Source: Harriotta raleighana
Taxonomy: Eukaryota
DNA length: 64,000 bases
Assembly (NCBI GenBank): GCA_050575255.1
Contig: JBNZDD010013440.1
Span: forward strand, 209,360-273,359
Reading direction: 5' to 3'
Made by a program: the position numbers and the translations under genes. The number at the start of each line of letters is the position of its first letter. The first letter of the stretch is position 1. Below, one piece after another: positions 22,901-37,900 of this stretch. The notes under the pieces were generated by a model. It was not told where the DNA came from. It made no database searches and was given only the letters and a program-made list of their open reading frames with translations.

Positions 22901-25900
22901 TCTGTGAAGTGATTTGAGACATCTCAATGTAATGAGATGCAAGGATTATTATAGTATGTGATTCCTGTGACTTTATTAAAATATTTGAAAGTTATCTCCT
23001 TTTGGAATTAAAATTGCAAAATTTGCTAATATAATTTTGCTCATGAATTGAGGAAAATTATTAAACAGCATGTTGAAATAAACCATTTCACCCCATTTCT
23101 GAATAATAGCCACTGAGAGGCAGCTGAAGTTGTTTTGTGTCACAATTTTGGGATTGCTGTTTGGCAGGGTTGCTGTTTGCAAAACTGGAACAGATTTTCA
23201 GATGCTTCTGTCATGAGATCCTTATCTTTGGGAGAGAATTACACATACCTTCCAGGTGCACTCTGAAAGGAGCAATCCTTTCCCTCTCTGTTACTATGTG
23301 GGGTTTATAATCTATAGCCCAGTCTGAGCGATCTCACAAATTACTCCAAAACATGTTTTGTAAAAATACTCTTATTCACTCCCAAAGGCTTCGATATATA
23401 TTTGTTTTCTTGCATTCGATGCAAGCATGCACATAGTCTTTATATAGTACAGTACATTGATAATATTATATCAATATAACTTTTAACAAGGTACAATCGA
23501 TCCTCTTAAGATATATAATCACTGAGCCTCAACGCTTGGACCACCGGGATAAATGGAGTAACCTTAACCTAAATTCGCATCTCCTTAAGTTCCTTAGATT
23601 CAGAGTCTTATAATTAGTAGTTTAGAGTCATGTTAAAACTCCAAACCTCAACAACTCGATATAACTCTATTCCTCCTTTTTATATCCCTAATGTCCCATG
23701 TGTTTATTTTACCAATTCTTCACACTTTCTAACAGTTTTGAAACATAAAACTCCTCATTTTCACTATTGTTCAGATCAGAAGACCAGGACTAGGTCATAA
23801 AACCCATTAACTCCCAGAATTTAACATTAAAAAAACATAAACAAAACCACTTAACTACCATTTTATCAAAGATAAACAGATTGTTATTTCAGTCTTAAAG
23901 TAACAGACCATCCAGCTCCAAACACCTGCACCCCTCTCCCTGAATCCAAATATTCACCATATTAACCTTTACCACTCATACTGCTTATACAGAATACTGA
24001 TATGAATTAAACCATTATCCAGAGACATAACCTGTTATAGAAATCATGTTTTTAAATTGTGTAACTATTACTTTCACATTTCCTTTGTTGAATTTCATTG
24101 TAACAGCAATGGCAATCAGCCATTGAAGAACTGGAGAGCACCTTTTTTGTTTGTAATATGGAGTGTGATTTTGTAATCGGTGGGCTACTTTCACTGACTG
24201 CTCACCTCTGGAACGCCTTCCTCAACCCTTTCCACCTCGACTCCTCTAGCAATCTTTAAATCTCGCCTTAAAACATATCTCTTGGTAACTCCCATTACCC
24301 CTCTCCCTGGTTGATTGATCCAACCCTACCATAGTGCAATTCTCCAAGATGTTGGTTAAAATGGATCCAAAAGGTCCCTTTGTATTTAAAAAATTATGTA
24401 TTTGAAAATTAATGAATCTAGAAAACTGAAAATATAAATGTTACCTTGCTGAGTTAAATGTTTTTTAAAATTTTTTTTGGCAATGAGATACTTTCACTTG
24501 GTAGCCAACTCACCAAATTTTCTCAATCTACTGGCACATGAAAGAAAGGCTGTTTGAATTTTTTTTCCAGAAAAGCTCACTGTATCCGTGACATTCATCC
24601 AACTCCCGGCACCAAATGTTGTTTCTAATTAAGACTTGAAAATAGTGCCAAATTCTTAGGCATTTCTTTAGAAAGCTTTTATGTAAATATTTGAAAGGAG
24701 AGTATTCCCCAGTGAAGAAAGCCTCAGTGAGGCTCACAATTGTACCAAATTATTAGGCATTTTCTTCACAAAGGATAAGGTAAATATTTGAAACCAGAGT
24801 GCTCCCTAGTGTGCATGTATGTGGCTCATTGAGTGAAACTGGTAATCGGTATCAAATTATCAGTAATTTTCTTTACAAAGCATCCATCCGTACACTGTAT
24901 ATTTGAAACCAGAGTTCTACCTTGTGTAAAACCTGTCTGAATCAAACCCATTGGTGTGTTTGTGTTGCAGTCCATGATATTGCTGTGTATAGTACTTTTT
25001 CCAGTGCCTTGGGACATCCTCCCGATGTGAAGGGTGCTCTATCAATGTAATTTTGTTATTGTTCTTGTTTTCCAGTTGTACTGATAGCATTAACTGACCT
25101 TGGATTCCTTGAATGCAGAAATGAGCAAAAATTGATCTATGTATTTATCTCTGACTCTATTACCTTTAGAAATAAAAGGTAGTTATACCTACAATAAACA
25201 TTTGGTTTGTGCACTAACAGTTGTGTTAAGCAGGTCTGTCAGTGCCTTTTGTTTATACGTTAACTTCCAACCATTTAAAATAAAGAGTTGCAAAGTATTA
25301 ACATCTTTGAAACAAACCACTCAGCCCAAACAATCCGTGTTAGTGTTTATACTTCAAACAAGTCTTTACTCATTGCCTCCGTACCTTTCTATCACCTTTT
25401 CCCTCATGTGAAAGTCTAGGATTCCTCATGAATGTATATTCAAGCTGATTGATTTACTGTTATCTTTTTGGGATTGTGTTCTTAACATACTAGAGTAGCA
25501 GTATGTAATAAGAATGATAGTCCTTGCCTTTGACATAGCGCTTTTTACGTCTTCTAGACCTCCCAATGCGCTTCACAGAGCATACTGTAAAGTGAATTGA
25601 CTGTAGTATATATTTGGGCGAAATGCAGCAACCATTTGCGCATAGCAGTGTTCCATAAACAGTCATGGATTGAAGTGATCAATTTTTTTTGAGGGATTGT
25701 TATTAGGCAAGTGGAATAATGAAGTTTGCCCAAGATTTCGCCCTGCCTGGAATTGAACCCAGGTTTCTCATTTAATTTATATGCCTGTAAATTACTGTTG
25801 TTCAATTTAACATTCTCAAAGACATTCATTTTCTTAATAAGAAAGTATTTTTATGAGCTATAGGGCACGTTACGCTCAACATGATTCTTTGAATTGAAAG

Positions 25901-28900
25901 TATTCTGTCAAGAATTTTGCACAAATGTTAAGTCCCAATAAGTTTACAACTGTTTGCAGATAATTTGATAAATAGCAGTGGATACTGTGTGGGTGAGTGG
26001 GAGGGGACTTTTTAAATAAAAAGGAAATACTCTATTGCAGTAATCTCAATTTGCTTTGTAAATTGCAGAAGCAAACTATATTAACATAAAATTATTTACT
26101 GGCAGAAGCAAAGATCCACATAGATGTTATCGAACTACTATTTTTGGTTTATCCATTGAAAATAATTGAAACTCGGCTGCAGGACTAGGTTCTTCGGCCA
26201 TTCAAGTCTGCTCTGCCATTTTATTGTCTGGGTTAGCTCTTTATTATTGCAGCACCTTGGGACTTCCTCCTGACATGAAAGGCGCTATACAAGTGCAATT
26301 TTTTTGTTGTTTGTTTTCAGGAAGAAATATATACTTTATTCACATTTTCTCACCTTTGTTAGTTATATATGCACGGTATTTTTTATTCTTTGTTATCATT
26401 GGATTCCATGGCCTTGTCCCACCCTCTGTGACTTCCTAATCGCCTACCAGCCTGCCCACTCTCTTCGCTCAATGGGCTGGCCTGCTCCCTGTCCCCTGAC
26501 CCACCCGCCACACCATTGGTGGATGAGCCTTAAGCCACTGTGCCCCCAACCTGGAATTCCATCCCTCCGCCTCGCCTCCGCAATTCCTCCACCTGGCCCC
26601 CACTCCCTACCCTCCTTCAAGTCCCGACTCAGAACCCCCCTTTTTGATGGTCCCTTCGGTCATCCCCCTCCCCTTCTTTCACTCCACGCTCCCCGATCCT
26701 GACCCCAGCTCGGGTGTGAAACACTGACCTGACAGTGCCTTGGGATGTCTTCCCAACTTGAAAGAAGTTATACAAATGTAATTTTGTTGTTTAATTATTA
26801 ACACATTGGAGCTCATTTTAATGCAGTACTGTATATGTTTTATTTGTTAATACTTAAAATAATTTGCCAGATCATCTGATAACCTGGTAAATGCACCATC
26901 TGTTATAGTGAAGTACTATGTCAAACAGACCAGAGACTTTTAAGGTCTGCTCGTTTAGCGAATTCCACCTAGGTGGAAGATAACCATAATCTCCCTGCTT
27001 TTCTGCACCCCCACCCCCTCACACCACTATCACCGCTATCCAGCACCAGCTGGAGAAGGACACAACCTACCAGCCTGCTCTTTCTTGTTTAATATTCAAT
27101 CATTTCTGTGGAAAAGTGCAAATGCATGGGCATATAATTGGATTTGCCTTTGATTTCTCTTGAGAAAAAGAAATTGACAAAACCTAAATTAAATAATTAA
27201 TTTCTATGCTTTTCATTAGGATTTAATTGTGCGTTTGACGGATGACACAGATCCCTTTTTCTTGTATACGCTTACAATTGGTGAAGAAGATTTTCAAAGG
27301 TAGGTAATAAATTCTACAGTAATTTTTGATGCAATCAGTATATGTTGCAACATGTTGGTTCTTGTGCACTAATGCAGATAATGGTGGCAGCAGCTTTTCC
27401 CAATGGATGGGAGCGGGGAGGAAAGCTGGAGGGAGAGTGATGATTAAAAGGAAAAGATGACCAATAGGGAAGTGTGACGGCTTCCAATTCTCAACAATAT
27501 CAGGGCAGCTTTGGAGTGTCTGGAGGACATCCCAAGCTGTTGGCACTTTGTTTGCGGTCGCTAACCCCCCACCCTTCTGCACCAGCGTGTGAATGAAATT
27601 GTAGAGATAGATATCTAACCTTGGCCTGACTCCTTTAACCATATTCTGATGACTTCATAACAGTATTACCAAATTACTTATGACTATTGTTACATTTTTA
27701 TTTTGAAACTGTAAAGAGAGGCTCATTAAAACAGAAAGCATTAACAGTAAAGCCTGTGCTTTAGAATACTAGGATACTAGGAAAATCCAATGTGAGATGT
27801 CAATGTGAGACAAGTGTCATTTGTTCCAAATCTGCTCACTTGTGAATGACTTCATATTCACATATGAGAAATTCAAAGTCTCTTTTTTTATTTCCTCAAG
27901 GACAAAATGTGGGTTTTTGAGAGCATAATCTTTTGGAGTTTACATCTCTGAGGTTCGTAACAGAGTTGCAATAGTCGAGTGCTGATGATTAGAAGCAGTG
28001 AACTTTGGATTACGAAGGGATAAATATCTCTTGACGAGGCTCCAATACAAAATTACATTTGTAAAATTACATTTGTAATGTAAAATTACACTTGTAAATC
28101 ACTTCAGGAGGATGTCCCAAGGTGCTGAACAGTCATGAATTAGGATCCAAGAGGGGTAGTTGGGATCAGGTAAGGCAGACGGATGGCTGAAAGCACTGTC
28201 GAGGAGGAAGGTCTTGAGGCATGTCTTGAAGGAGGCAAAGAAGAGAGTAAGGCGAAGGGACTGTGGGATGGAGTTCCAGTGAGTGGGAACAGAGAAATTG
28301 AAGGCCCGACTGCTGGTGGTGGGGTGGGCTACATGGAGGAGGCTGGAGCCTGCTGAGTGAAGGGAGTGGAGAGGTTGAGAAGGTGTTAGCCAGTTGGAGA
28401 GTAGGAGTGGGCAAGGCCATCTTGAAGGTGAGGACGAGGATTTTTAACTCAATCCGCTGAAGGATGTGGAGCCAGGTGAGAGTGGGTGTGAAATGGTCCT
28501 GGAGCCTCGTGAGGGAGAGGACACAAGCTGCATGATCTGCGATTTGTGGAGAGAAGAGTTGAGAAGGCTGACAATCAGGACATTGGCATAATTGAGCCTG
28601 GATGCAATGAAGGAATGTATGAGGGTTTTGGTAGCCTGAGTGGTGAGGTAGTGGTGGAGTTGGGCAAAATTGTGGAGATGGAGAAAGGCAGAGCGGATCA
28701 CAGCATGGAATAGGGGGAGAAAGGGCAGGATGCCTAGGTTCCTAACTGGCTAGGCAAGATGGATTATGAATCTGTGGATGCTGATGCTGGTGTGAACCAA
28801 TTAGGAGAGCCTCGGTCTTGCTGAATTGTAGAAATTTGGCTCTCGTCCAAGACTTGATATCTGACAGGCAGTCGGTCAGGACATCAGTTGTCCTGGAGTT

Positions 28901-31900
28901 GAGGGTGGAGGCAGAGAGATAAGAGGTGGCTTTATTGATGATTGTGAGGTCCAAGACACTCAGGCTCTGGATAATCACTAGGTCGAGTGGGTAGCAGAGT
29001 GGAGGTAGAAGGAGAGGTTGTGAGAGGAAAGGAGAGGTTGGCGGAGATAGACCAAGAGGATGTATGAAGTGCAGGTTGAAGTTGCCTAGGATGAGAAGGT
29101 GTTCAGAACAGAGGCAGAGGGAAGCTAGGAGGTTCGAGATGTCAGAGATGAAGATGGGGGAGGGTTTGGGGGGAGAAATAAGGCAAATTTTGAGGTAAAG
29201 ATTGGAGCGATGGTAGAGGATAAGGTGCTCGAAGGAGGGGAATCAGCTGTAGGAATAGGGGACAGAGCCAGTGAGGACCTGTTGTGGGCCAATGCGGAGG
29301 GAAGAATTGGCAGAGGATTCTATGAGACTGGAGGGTGGTGGCAGGATTGGTAGGGAGGGTGGGAATGTTGATGGGGGTGAAGAGATTATCCCCCCGGCTC
29401 TGTCACGTTTACCACGGCACACATTGCTGGCTGTGCAGCAGCAACCACACAGACTGCACCATCCCCCCCCCACTATCACTGCAAACTCCGTGTGCCATGG
29501 TGAACCCGACAGAGGATTCCCAGGCTGAAGCAGAGGGAGGCTGTGGGGCGGTCAAATGGGAATATGAGGAAGGAGAGAGAAGAGGACAGAGAGGGAAAGC
29601 TGCAGGGAAGGGAGCATTTTGAGGAAACAACAGTTGGGTTGGTGACAGCAGCCAAGATGTGCACAGTGAGACTTGAGGCAGATGGGTCGTGGGGCATGGA
29701 GTCTGGGGCTAGAGATAGTGCAGAGCGGGCAGGGCACTCATTGTGTTATCCACCAGGTTGCCCAACCTGGACATTATCACCAAGCATACTCCAGGGAAAA
29801 GGCAGAGGAGGAGGAGACCAATAGATTATACTACACATGGTACCAGAGATTAAAACCAGGCTGGCGGAAGTTATATCATGCTGGGTTTAGATGGGAAATT
29901 GAGAAATGACGGCTCTGTCTGAACCCGGTAATGGTTGCCACTCGGATCACCGAGACCCCGACCTACTTACCACTACGGTCATGAGTGTACAGATTCAATT
30001 TAAAATTTTATAAATGCATAGAAAGTTTAGGAATATTTCTGTGTCAACAAGTGGGAAAAATTGGATTTGTGTTGCATTATTAGTTAGATCCAAAAATCAG
30101 CGACTTGTATTATTCTCCATATTTTTGGGAAATAATCCCCAACCTAATGAGATCTGCCATACAAGATGAACAAGTGACCTCAGCTGTCGACAAAGGCCGT
30201 TGGGAAATGTAGATTATCATAAAATGGTGCGGTCCTTTAGGACATGTTCGCACCATTTTAAACATCTACAATGAAATTGCAGGCTTTTAAGACCTATTTG
30301 CTAGATTGGAACGGGTGCAGTTATGAAGGAAATACTTTTCTCCATCCTCCCATATACCTAATGAGCATACATTGTACTTTCAATAAATGTATTTTAATTG
30401 AAATGTGCCCAAATTGTTCTTGAAGGATGTTGATTGAAATCAGTTTAGGGACTCTCAAACCACCATTTGTTTATGTGGATGCACAGCCCAAAGGTAATCA
30501 TTTGTTTATTTTTGCAGTTTAAAAACCCAACAAGGATTGCTGGTAGAATTTTCTACTTTTCCTCAGCGATTCATAGATCTTTTGGAACAGTGTATCCGAG
30601 AACACGATAAAGAGGTGCCACGGTAGGTTTCAATTGGTAGATTAATAGAACTGATTGAACAGTTGTGAAATTTTAGTGGTACTTGTTGATATATGAAACA
30701 AACATACTTTGACTTTTGAACTGCATGTAACCTAAACATTAGTTTATTTTTTGTGCAGAATAACTGAAGTACTTCTAAAGTAACTTGAAATTGTGAGGAG
30801 AATTTACTGAACTGCTTGAGAAGATATATGTACTGTATATGCCTCCTAACAATACATTTATGCTATCATATAAAATGCTTAACAAAATTAGTTTGGGCTG
30901 AATACCCTGGGTATTTTGAAGCAATTGATACAGAATTTTATTTTAATGTTTCCAATTGAATGAGCTGGAGGATTAGCATCATACAGTAAAACCTTGTTTA
31001 TCCGGCTCTCACCTCCTCCATCTTCCTGGCCTGCCCCGAAAACTCTCCGAACTCGTGCGCAACCTAGGCGTCAGGTTCGACCCCCAACTATCTTTCCTCT
31101 CCGACATCCGGTCCCTCACCAGCACCGCTTTTTTCCACCTCCGACGGATCGCCTGTCTCTGGCAATATCTCGCACCAAAAGCCACTGAAACCTGGTCCAT
31201 TCCTTTGTCACCTCTTGGCTGGACTATTCCAGTGCCCTCCTCGCCGGTCTCCCCTCCACCACAATTCATAAAATTCAACTCATTCAAAACTCTGCTGCCC
31301 ACATTCTCACCCGCACCAAACTTCACTCCCTCATTATCCCAGTCCTTGCAAGACTTCACTGGTTCCCTGTCCCAGAGAGGATCGATTTCAAGATCCTCAC
31401 CCTTGCTTTCAAATTCCTCCACTCCTCTGCACCCCCCTACCTCTCCGACCTCCTCTCGTCAAACCAGCACCCGTTGCCTTCGCTCCACCAGGTCTGGCCT
31501 CTTCCGTCCCCCCTGAATCTGTCACTCCACCATTGGTGGCTGTGCCTTCAGCCACTATGTCCGGAAGCTTTGGAACTCCCTTCCTCACTCCCTTCGCCCA
31601 AGTTTACCCGGGACCTGAAACTTCCCAGTTTCTTTCTCTTCGACCCTGCCTTTGGTTACCTTTTTCCCCCGGCTCGGGCCCAGGATCCGTTATTGTGAAG
31701 CGCTCTGAGACGCCATCCGGCATGGAAGGAGCAATATAAATCAAAGTTGTTGTTGTAAATCGAAGTTGTTACCTAACCGACCGGCATACTCAACCAACCG
31801 GTATCTCCCAATACAATTCATCATTCCAGCAACCGGATCTCATACCGTAGCCATCCGGGACACTCCTGGTATGCTCACTTTGTGCATGTGCGCATGTGTG

Positions 31901-34900
31901 CAATGTGTGCGCATGCGCACTTATTAAATTTAGTGAACGCTGGAATGCTTTTTTACTGATCATTTTACCAAGTGTGCTGGAATACTTTATTGGTAAGTAT
32001 CCATACAATATTCTGTTATTATTTAGTCTATTATTAGTATAGTATGTTTTAAAATAAGTTAATTTTTTTGTGGTATTTTAGGCAACTTGGTTAATTGGCA
32101 CAGGTCAGGTCCTGAGGGTGTTGGGACAACAAAGGTTTTACTATATATTGGGATTGATACACCTCTTTAACCTCACTAACCTTTGCAGGGAGCAAATTTT
32201 CAAACTGGTTGAATTTATTTGAAAAATGTGGATGCGTTAATAAAAGAAAAATATATTTAACATCAAGCGTTTCTGTACGTTACTCCAGTGCTCATTGAGT
32301 TGGCCAGACTGGATGGGCCAAATGACCTGTTTATGAGTTTTACTTTCTATTATAATATTACTAAATCTGTATATTTTATTTGAATGCATGCAAATCAGTT
32401 CATACATCAGATTCAGTTAATCCAAAAATCCATCGTCTGGATACTCACCCACACAATACTCCATACCCCTATCATACCAGTCCTTGCCAGATTCCACTTG
32501 CTCCCAATTACTTAACAGATAATTTTAAGAGGCGAGGGGAACTTGTTTTCAAATCCCTTCCTGTCCTGGCATCTCCCTGCTTGTCCAGTCTCCGAACTCC
32601 CTACTCCCCCACAACCTGCTGCCACCACCACTGACCGGCTGGTGGTTGTGCCATCAGCCACTATAGCCTGAAACTCTGGAACTTTCCACCTCAATCCCTT
32701 CGACTTGCCCCCTCCCTCCCGACTTTCAAATCCCGTCTAAAGACCTTCCTTTTTGATTGTGCTTACTTTCATCTTCCTTTCCCCTTAGATCACTCTGAGA
32801 CTCCGCCACTGTCACGTGCTGTGCTATCCAGTGTGAAGAGTGCTATATAAATGCAAATTGTTGATGTGGTAGTACATGACTTAGATGCAGGTGTAACTTC
32901 CACTGAAAATGTTTAAGTCTTTCCCGTTCAGATAATGCTTTCCAGTATTTATTGTTTAACTTCAGATTGCTATAATTCAGTTTCTCTTGTTTTAGTACAG
33001 TAAAAGTCGTTTATCCGGCACCTGCGGGGCCTGGCCAATGCCGGTTAAATGGGCAGATCCGAAGCCGAAAACCTAACACAAAAAAAACTTATTTTAATAT
33101 GTACTATATGAATAATAGACTAAATAATAACAGATAATAACTGAATATCGTACTTTATTATAAATGTTGAACACTACCTTATAAATACAGTAAAACCCTT
33201 TTTATTCGGCACCCACGAGACCTGACCAGTGGCGGTTATACGGTTTTCCGGCTAAACGTTTTTAAATAATTTTAAAAAAAATTCTAAAATTATTTTAACA
33301 CATACCACATTAATAATAGACTAAATAATAACAGATAATAAGAATATTGTATGGATATTTTATTGTAAATGTTTTGCACTGTACCAAATAAATAATAGAG
33401 TAAATACAGTAATAACAGATCCTGTAATAACAGAATATTGTATGGCTACTTTATTGTAAATGTTGAGCAATACTATACAAATAATAGACTAAATACACTA
33501 ATAACAGATACTGTAATAACAGAATATTGTATTAGCACTTTATTATTTATACTTAACTTCTACAATGGCAGCCATGGGAGGAAAACCAAGCGGCAGTAGG
33601 CAGTATGGCGACTTTTTAAAAAAAAACTGCAGTAGTGTGACTTTAGGCTCTACTAGTGGCCAGCCGAGTAACCTGCACCAGTACTCGTGTGCGGCAGTCG
33701 AATAATGAAATGCGTCATCACTATTCTGCCGGATAACTTCCGGTTTATCGAATCAGGACTTTTTTTTTGAGGTTCCAGTTCAAGGGGGTTTCCGGTTTAT
33801 TGAGTCATGGATAAACAGGGTTTTACTGCAATAGATTAAATATACTAATAACAGATACTGTAATAACAGAGTATTGTATTAGTACTTTATTATTTATAGT
33901 TAACTTCTGCAATGGTGGCCGCCAAGTGAGGAAACAAAACGGCAGCGTGACTTTAAAAAAAAAAAGAAAAAAACGGCAGGCTTTACAAGTGGCAGGCCGA
34001 AATACCTATACTGTACTCTCGTGCGATAATTGATTCATTAAATGCGCCACCACTATTCTGCCGGATAACTTCCTGTTAATCGGTTGGGGATTTTTTTTGG
34101 ACATGCCGGTTATAAGAAAGTTCTGGTTCATTGAGTCATGGATAAACAGGCTTTTACTGTATATGTAGAAGTTACTGTCTTATTATTGTTATTAATTTAT
34201 GTGTTTTGTGATGTACTTCTTTGGATTCATTATTTTTATCAATTCATTGTAAATTGCCAATTAGTCTTCTGATCCACCTGAGACATAACCTGATGGAGTC
34301 CTTTTTGAGATACTTCCCTGATCTATAATTCTAAAAAAAAACTTGTTAAAAGCTCTTATTTTAATCTTCCTCATTGTTGATTTTCTGTAGATTTCTGCTT
34401 CAGTTGGTATCTTCCTCCCCAGTGATGGATCGCATACCAGCGAACTTGAATGTAATAGAAACTAATCCATTCAAGCATCTCACCCACCTCTCCTTAAAGC
34501 TGCTGCCAGCAAACGATACTGATGTCAAGAAATATTTAGCTGTCTGTCTCCAAAATACGAAGGTTGGTTTCTAATGCTCATTGCTTTAAGCTTTGGCCCG
34601 TACTGGACCTTGCTCAAGGAGGGCAAACATTCGATTACTGTCCTTGTGGATTTCATGAAGCATCAATAGATTTCTGCTCTGCGTGTAAATAATGAAATAT
34701 AAATAACAATTTAGGCAATTATTTTGCTTTTTAGATGGAAAGGAATTCGCTTGATGAAAGGTTGCACAGATCTGAAGAAGACTTAAACAAAAGATTAAGC
34801 ATTACTCAACAGGTTTGTAAAAGATATGCAGTGCTATTCTTTGGTTGGACGATAGAGCATACAGAGTGGAGCGCACCTATGTATAGTGTGTGAGCGAGGG

Positions 34901-37900
34901 ATTTGATCAGTAACTTAGTATTCTAGTCGGCTTACCCACTTTATAAAGGCTATATCTTCTGGTTATTTAATTGAGTACTATTAGAGCTACATTGAGGTTG
35001 TGTTTTATAGAGAAATTTAAACAGTTGAATTTGCAAGCAGTAGTATAAATAAAAGTGTCTAATTATTTTCCTTCTTTTAGCCTGTTTATAAAGTTTTAAA
35101 TGAAAATTTTTGCCTTTAATTAGGTCAATCTTTCTTTAAATGGGATAATCAATTTTTTAAATAGGATAATTTTCCATTGACATTTTTGTTCAGACTTTGG
35201 CAGAAAAAAGTAAAGAATTGGATCGATTGCGAAATGAATGGACATCACATTCAAGCTTGATGTCAAACAAACACAGCCAAGAGGTTACCACAGAACGAGA
35301 GAAATCTCTCCAGGTGAGCAAGTGTAGAAATGAAATGTGTGGCAGGATATTTATTTAAAAAAACTCTTGTACTCTACAAATTTAATAATGAATGCAGAAT
35401 TCATCTTGAATGCATACTTACCCTTTCTGTACATTCCCTTGCACTATTTTGGTATCGGTTTACTATAAACCTGCCATTTAACTTTCCAAGTGGTCATTCC
35501 TCATGGCAAAGCTTTGAATATGATTGAAAACCACTGTTTCACCTAGGTACTATACCATACTGACTCTGTCATCACTCTGTTCTGCATATATCTTGCACCA
35601 TGATCAAAACTTTTGTCTGGTATAGCCCTCCTTTACAAGGGCAATAATTGTGTAATGTCTCTTACTGCCACCTGAGCTGAGATCACTAAACTCTGGTCTG
35701 AATGCTGCTTTTACCAACTATTGTAGGATTCAAAGAATGAAGAGCCTTGAAATAGATATCTACTTTCGATTGAAAGTACATTTTACATTTTTCCTCGCAT
35801 AGGCATAGTTATACTGCTAGATATATTAATATTTCCCCTTTTCTTCCACGTTAGTTTCTCTGTGACAATACATTATTTATGTGCCATCCTTTAGGCTCAA
35901 AGACAGTACCAGCTTCAGTGGGAACAGCAGAAGAGGGAGATGGAAACAGCACAAGGTCGAACAGTCCAACATTTAGAGAGCAGGCTAGCTGAATATGAAA
36001 CTATCAACAAGGATCTCACTGAGAGGAGATACAAATCTGAATCCTCAATACGGGAATTAAAAGCCAAACTGTTGGGAATGGAAGAGGTTAGCAAATCAAT
36101 TTTAATGTATTCTTTATAGAACAATTCAAACTTAAAAAAAGTGTATTAAAGGGTTTAATTTTACAAGATATGTGTAAGTGCAGAGGGAATTACAGAATAT
36201 GTTGAACTGTCTGCCAGAACTCATTCTCTGGACACAAATAGATTTCTGAAGGTCCATGGAACCATGTCCTGGTTGTAATCTGCATTTTCTTCAGGAGAGA
36301 AGAGCAGAAAATGTTTGGGATGTGGGTTGGGAGGTGGGAAATTTTGAAGTCTGGTGCAGGTTTTCTGTAGCAGAGCATGTAGAAATTCTCGCACTTAATG
36401 AAGGATTCACAAAACTTACAGTTGGATGTTTGATTGTATTTTTCAGTCTGGAAAATATGTATGTTCCCAAGTTGTTTCCATGCAAATTTATTATTTTATC
36501 TGCATTTTCTATTTTTCTAAGCTATAACGATAGATTAATTTTGCCTGTCCTTATTTTGTTATGTGGTGTTCAGGAGTGTCAAAGATCAAAGCAAGAAATT
36601 CTTTCACTGAGGAGAGAGAACTCCACATTAGATGCAGAGTGTCATGAAAAAGAGAAACTGTTGAATCAGCTGCGAACGAGGACGGCTGTCCTGGAACAAG
36701 AAGTGAAGGATAAAGAGCAGGTGGTTACAAGAACAACAGAGGTCTTTGAAAGTACACAGGAACATAAGGTATTGGAAATTGAATGCAATTTATTTCACTT
36801 TTCAGCTGCACATTGGGGAGGAGTGGAAGTACAGTTATAATGAGTTCCACTGACTGAACCACACCAAATTGTACTTATATAGAGTAGAGTAGCATCTCAG
36901 AGTGCTTAACAGTGGCGCAGTCTCACTCCAAGCTGGAAGAGGAGTTGACCGTAAACACGGTCGAAAAGAAAGGTTTTCAGGTGCGACTTGAAAAGGGGGA
37001 GAGAGGGGGCAAGGTGAATGGATTGAGGCAAAATGCTCCAGAGTTTTGGAGAGTAGTGACTGAATGCGCCACCATTGGACTGGAAGGTGTGAGGGAGAAG
37101 AAGGAGGCCGCTGCCAGTCGACCGGATGCACTAGGTGATGGATTGGGGAATGAGAAGGGTAAGGGAGATGATGTCAGGAAGTCAAGGGAACACATTTGAT
37201 GTTAAAGTCTTTAACCATTAATGTTGCAGGAATTTTACATTGGTGTCTCCTAGTTGTTGCATATCTGACCTGAAGAATTTCTCACACAAAAGGGATAGGA
37301 TATACAGAAGAATTAAATGCAAAAATAATGCAATCTTATTCATTTTGTCTTTATTAAATGTCAAGTGTCTTGGGCCACTTAAGAATGATCTGTTTGTTTA
37401 AACTGGGCTGCTTTTAGACGTTAGTTTGTTCATTGAATGAATAACCACCTATATACACTTCTGCTTAAATCTGATAATATATTAAATAAAGTCTTTTTAT
37501 CTCACAAACTTTATGTAAAACAGAACTGGGATTTGATGAATGATGGCAGTAGTTATTTTTGACGTGAATTAATTCATTTTCTGTACAGAAAAATCTAGAG
37601 GAGAGCCTAGGACAAAAGCAGCAACAAAACAGAAAACTAGAAGCTACTGTGAAGTCTCTTTCAGAAGAATTGCTGAAGGTAACTGAACTTGCCCTCTAAG
37701 GTTTCAAAAGTGATTGCTATATTACCTTTTCAAGAGAATTTAGCTCAGTTACTTAATTTTCAGGCAATTTGCTGTTTGATGCACCACTGAGTTGGTGGTG
37801 GTGGGAATAATTGTGGCTACTGCCATCCTTCTGTCCTCTACTATCTTTCTTTGCTTCTACCATCCACTGTTCCCACTCAACCATTATCTCTCAATGCGCT

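Noticed and set aside
24528-24737. Zinc-finger-linker-like TGEYSPFKY
   Set aside because: No C2H2 cysteine/histidine spacing in any frame examined.
36256-36840. 194-aa ORF as a standalone gene
   Set aside because: It is SASS6 exon 9 plus open intronic flanks.
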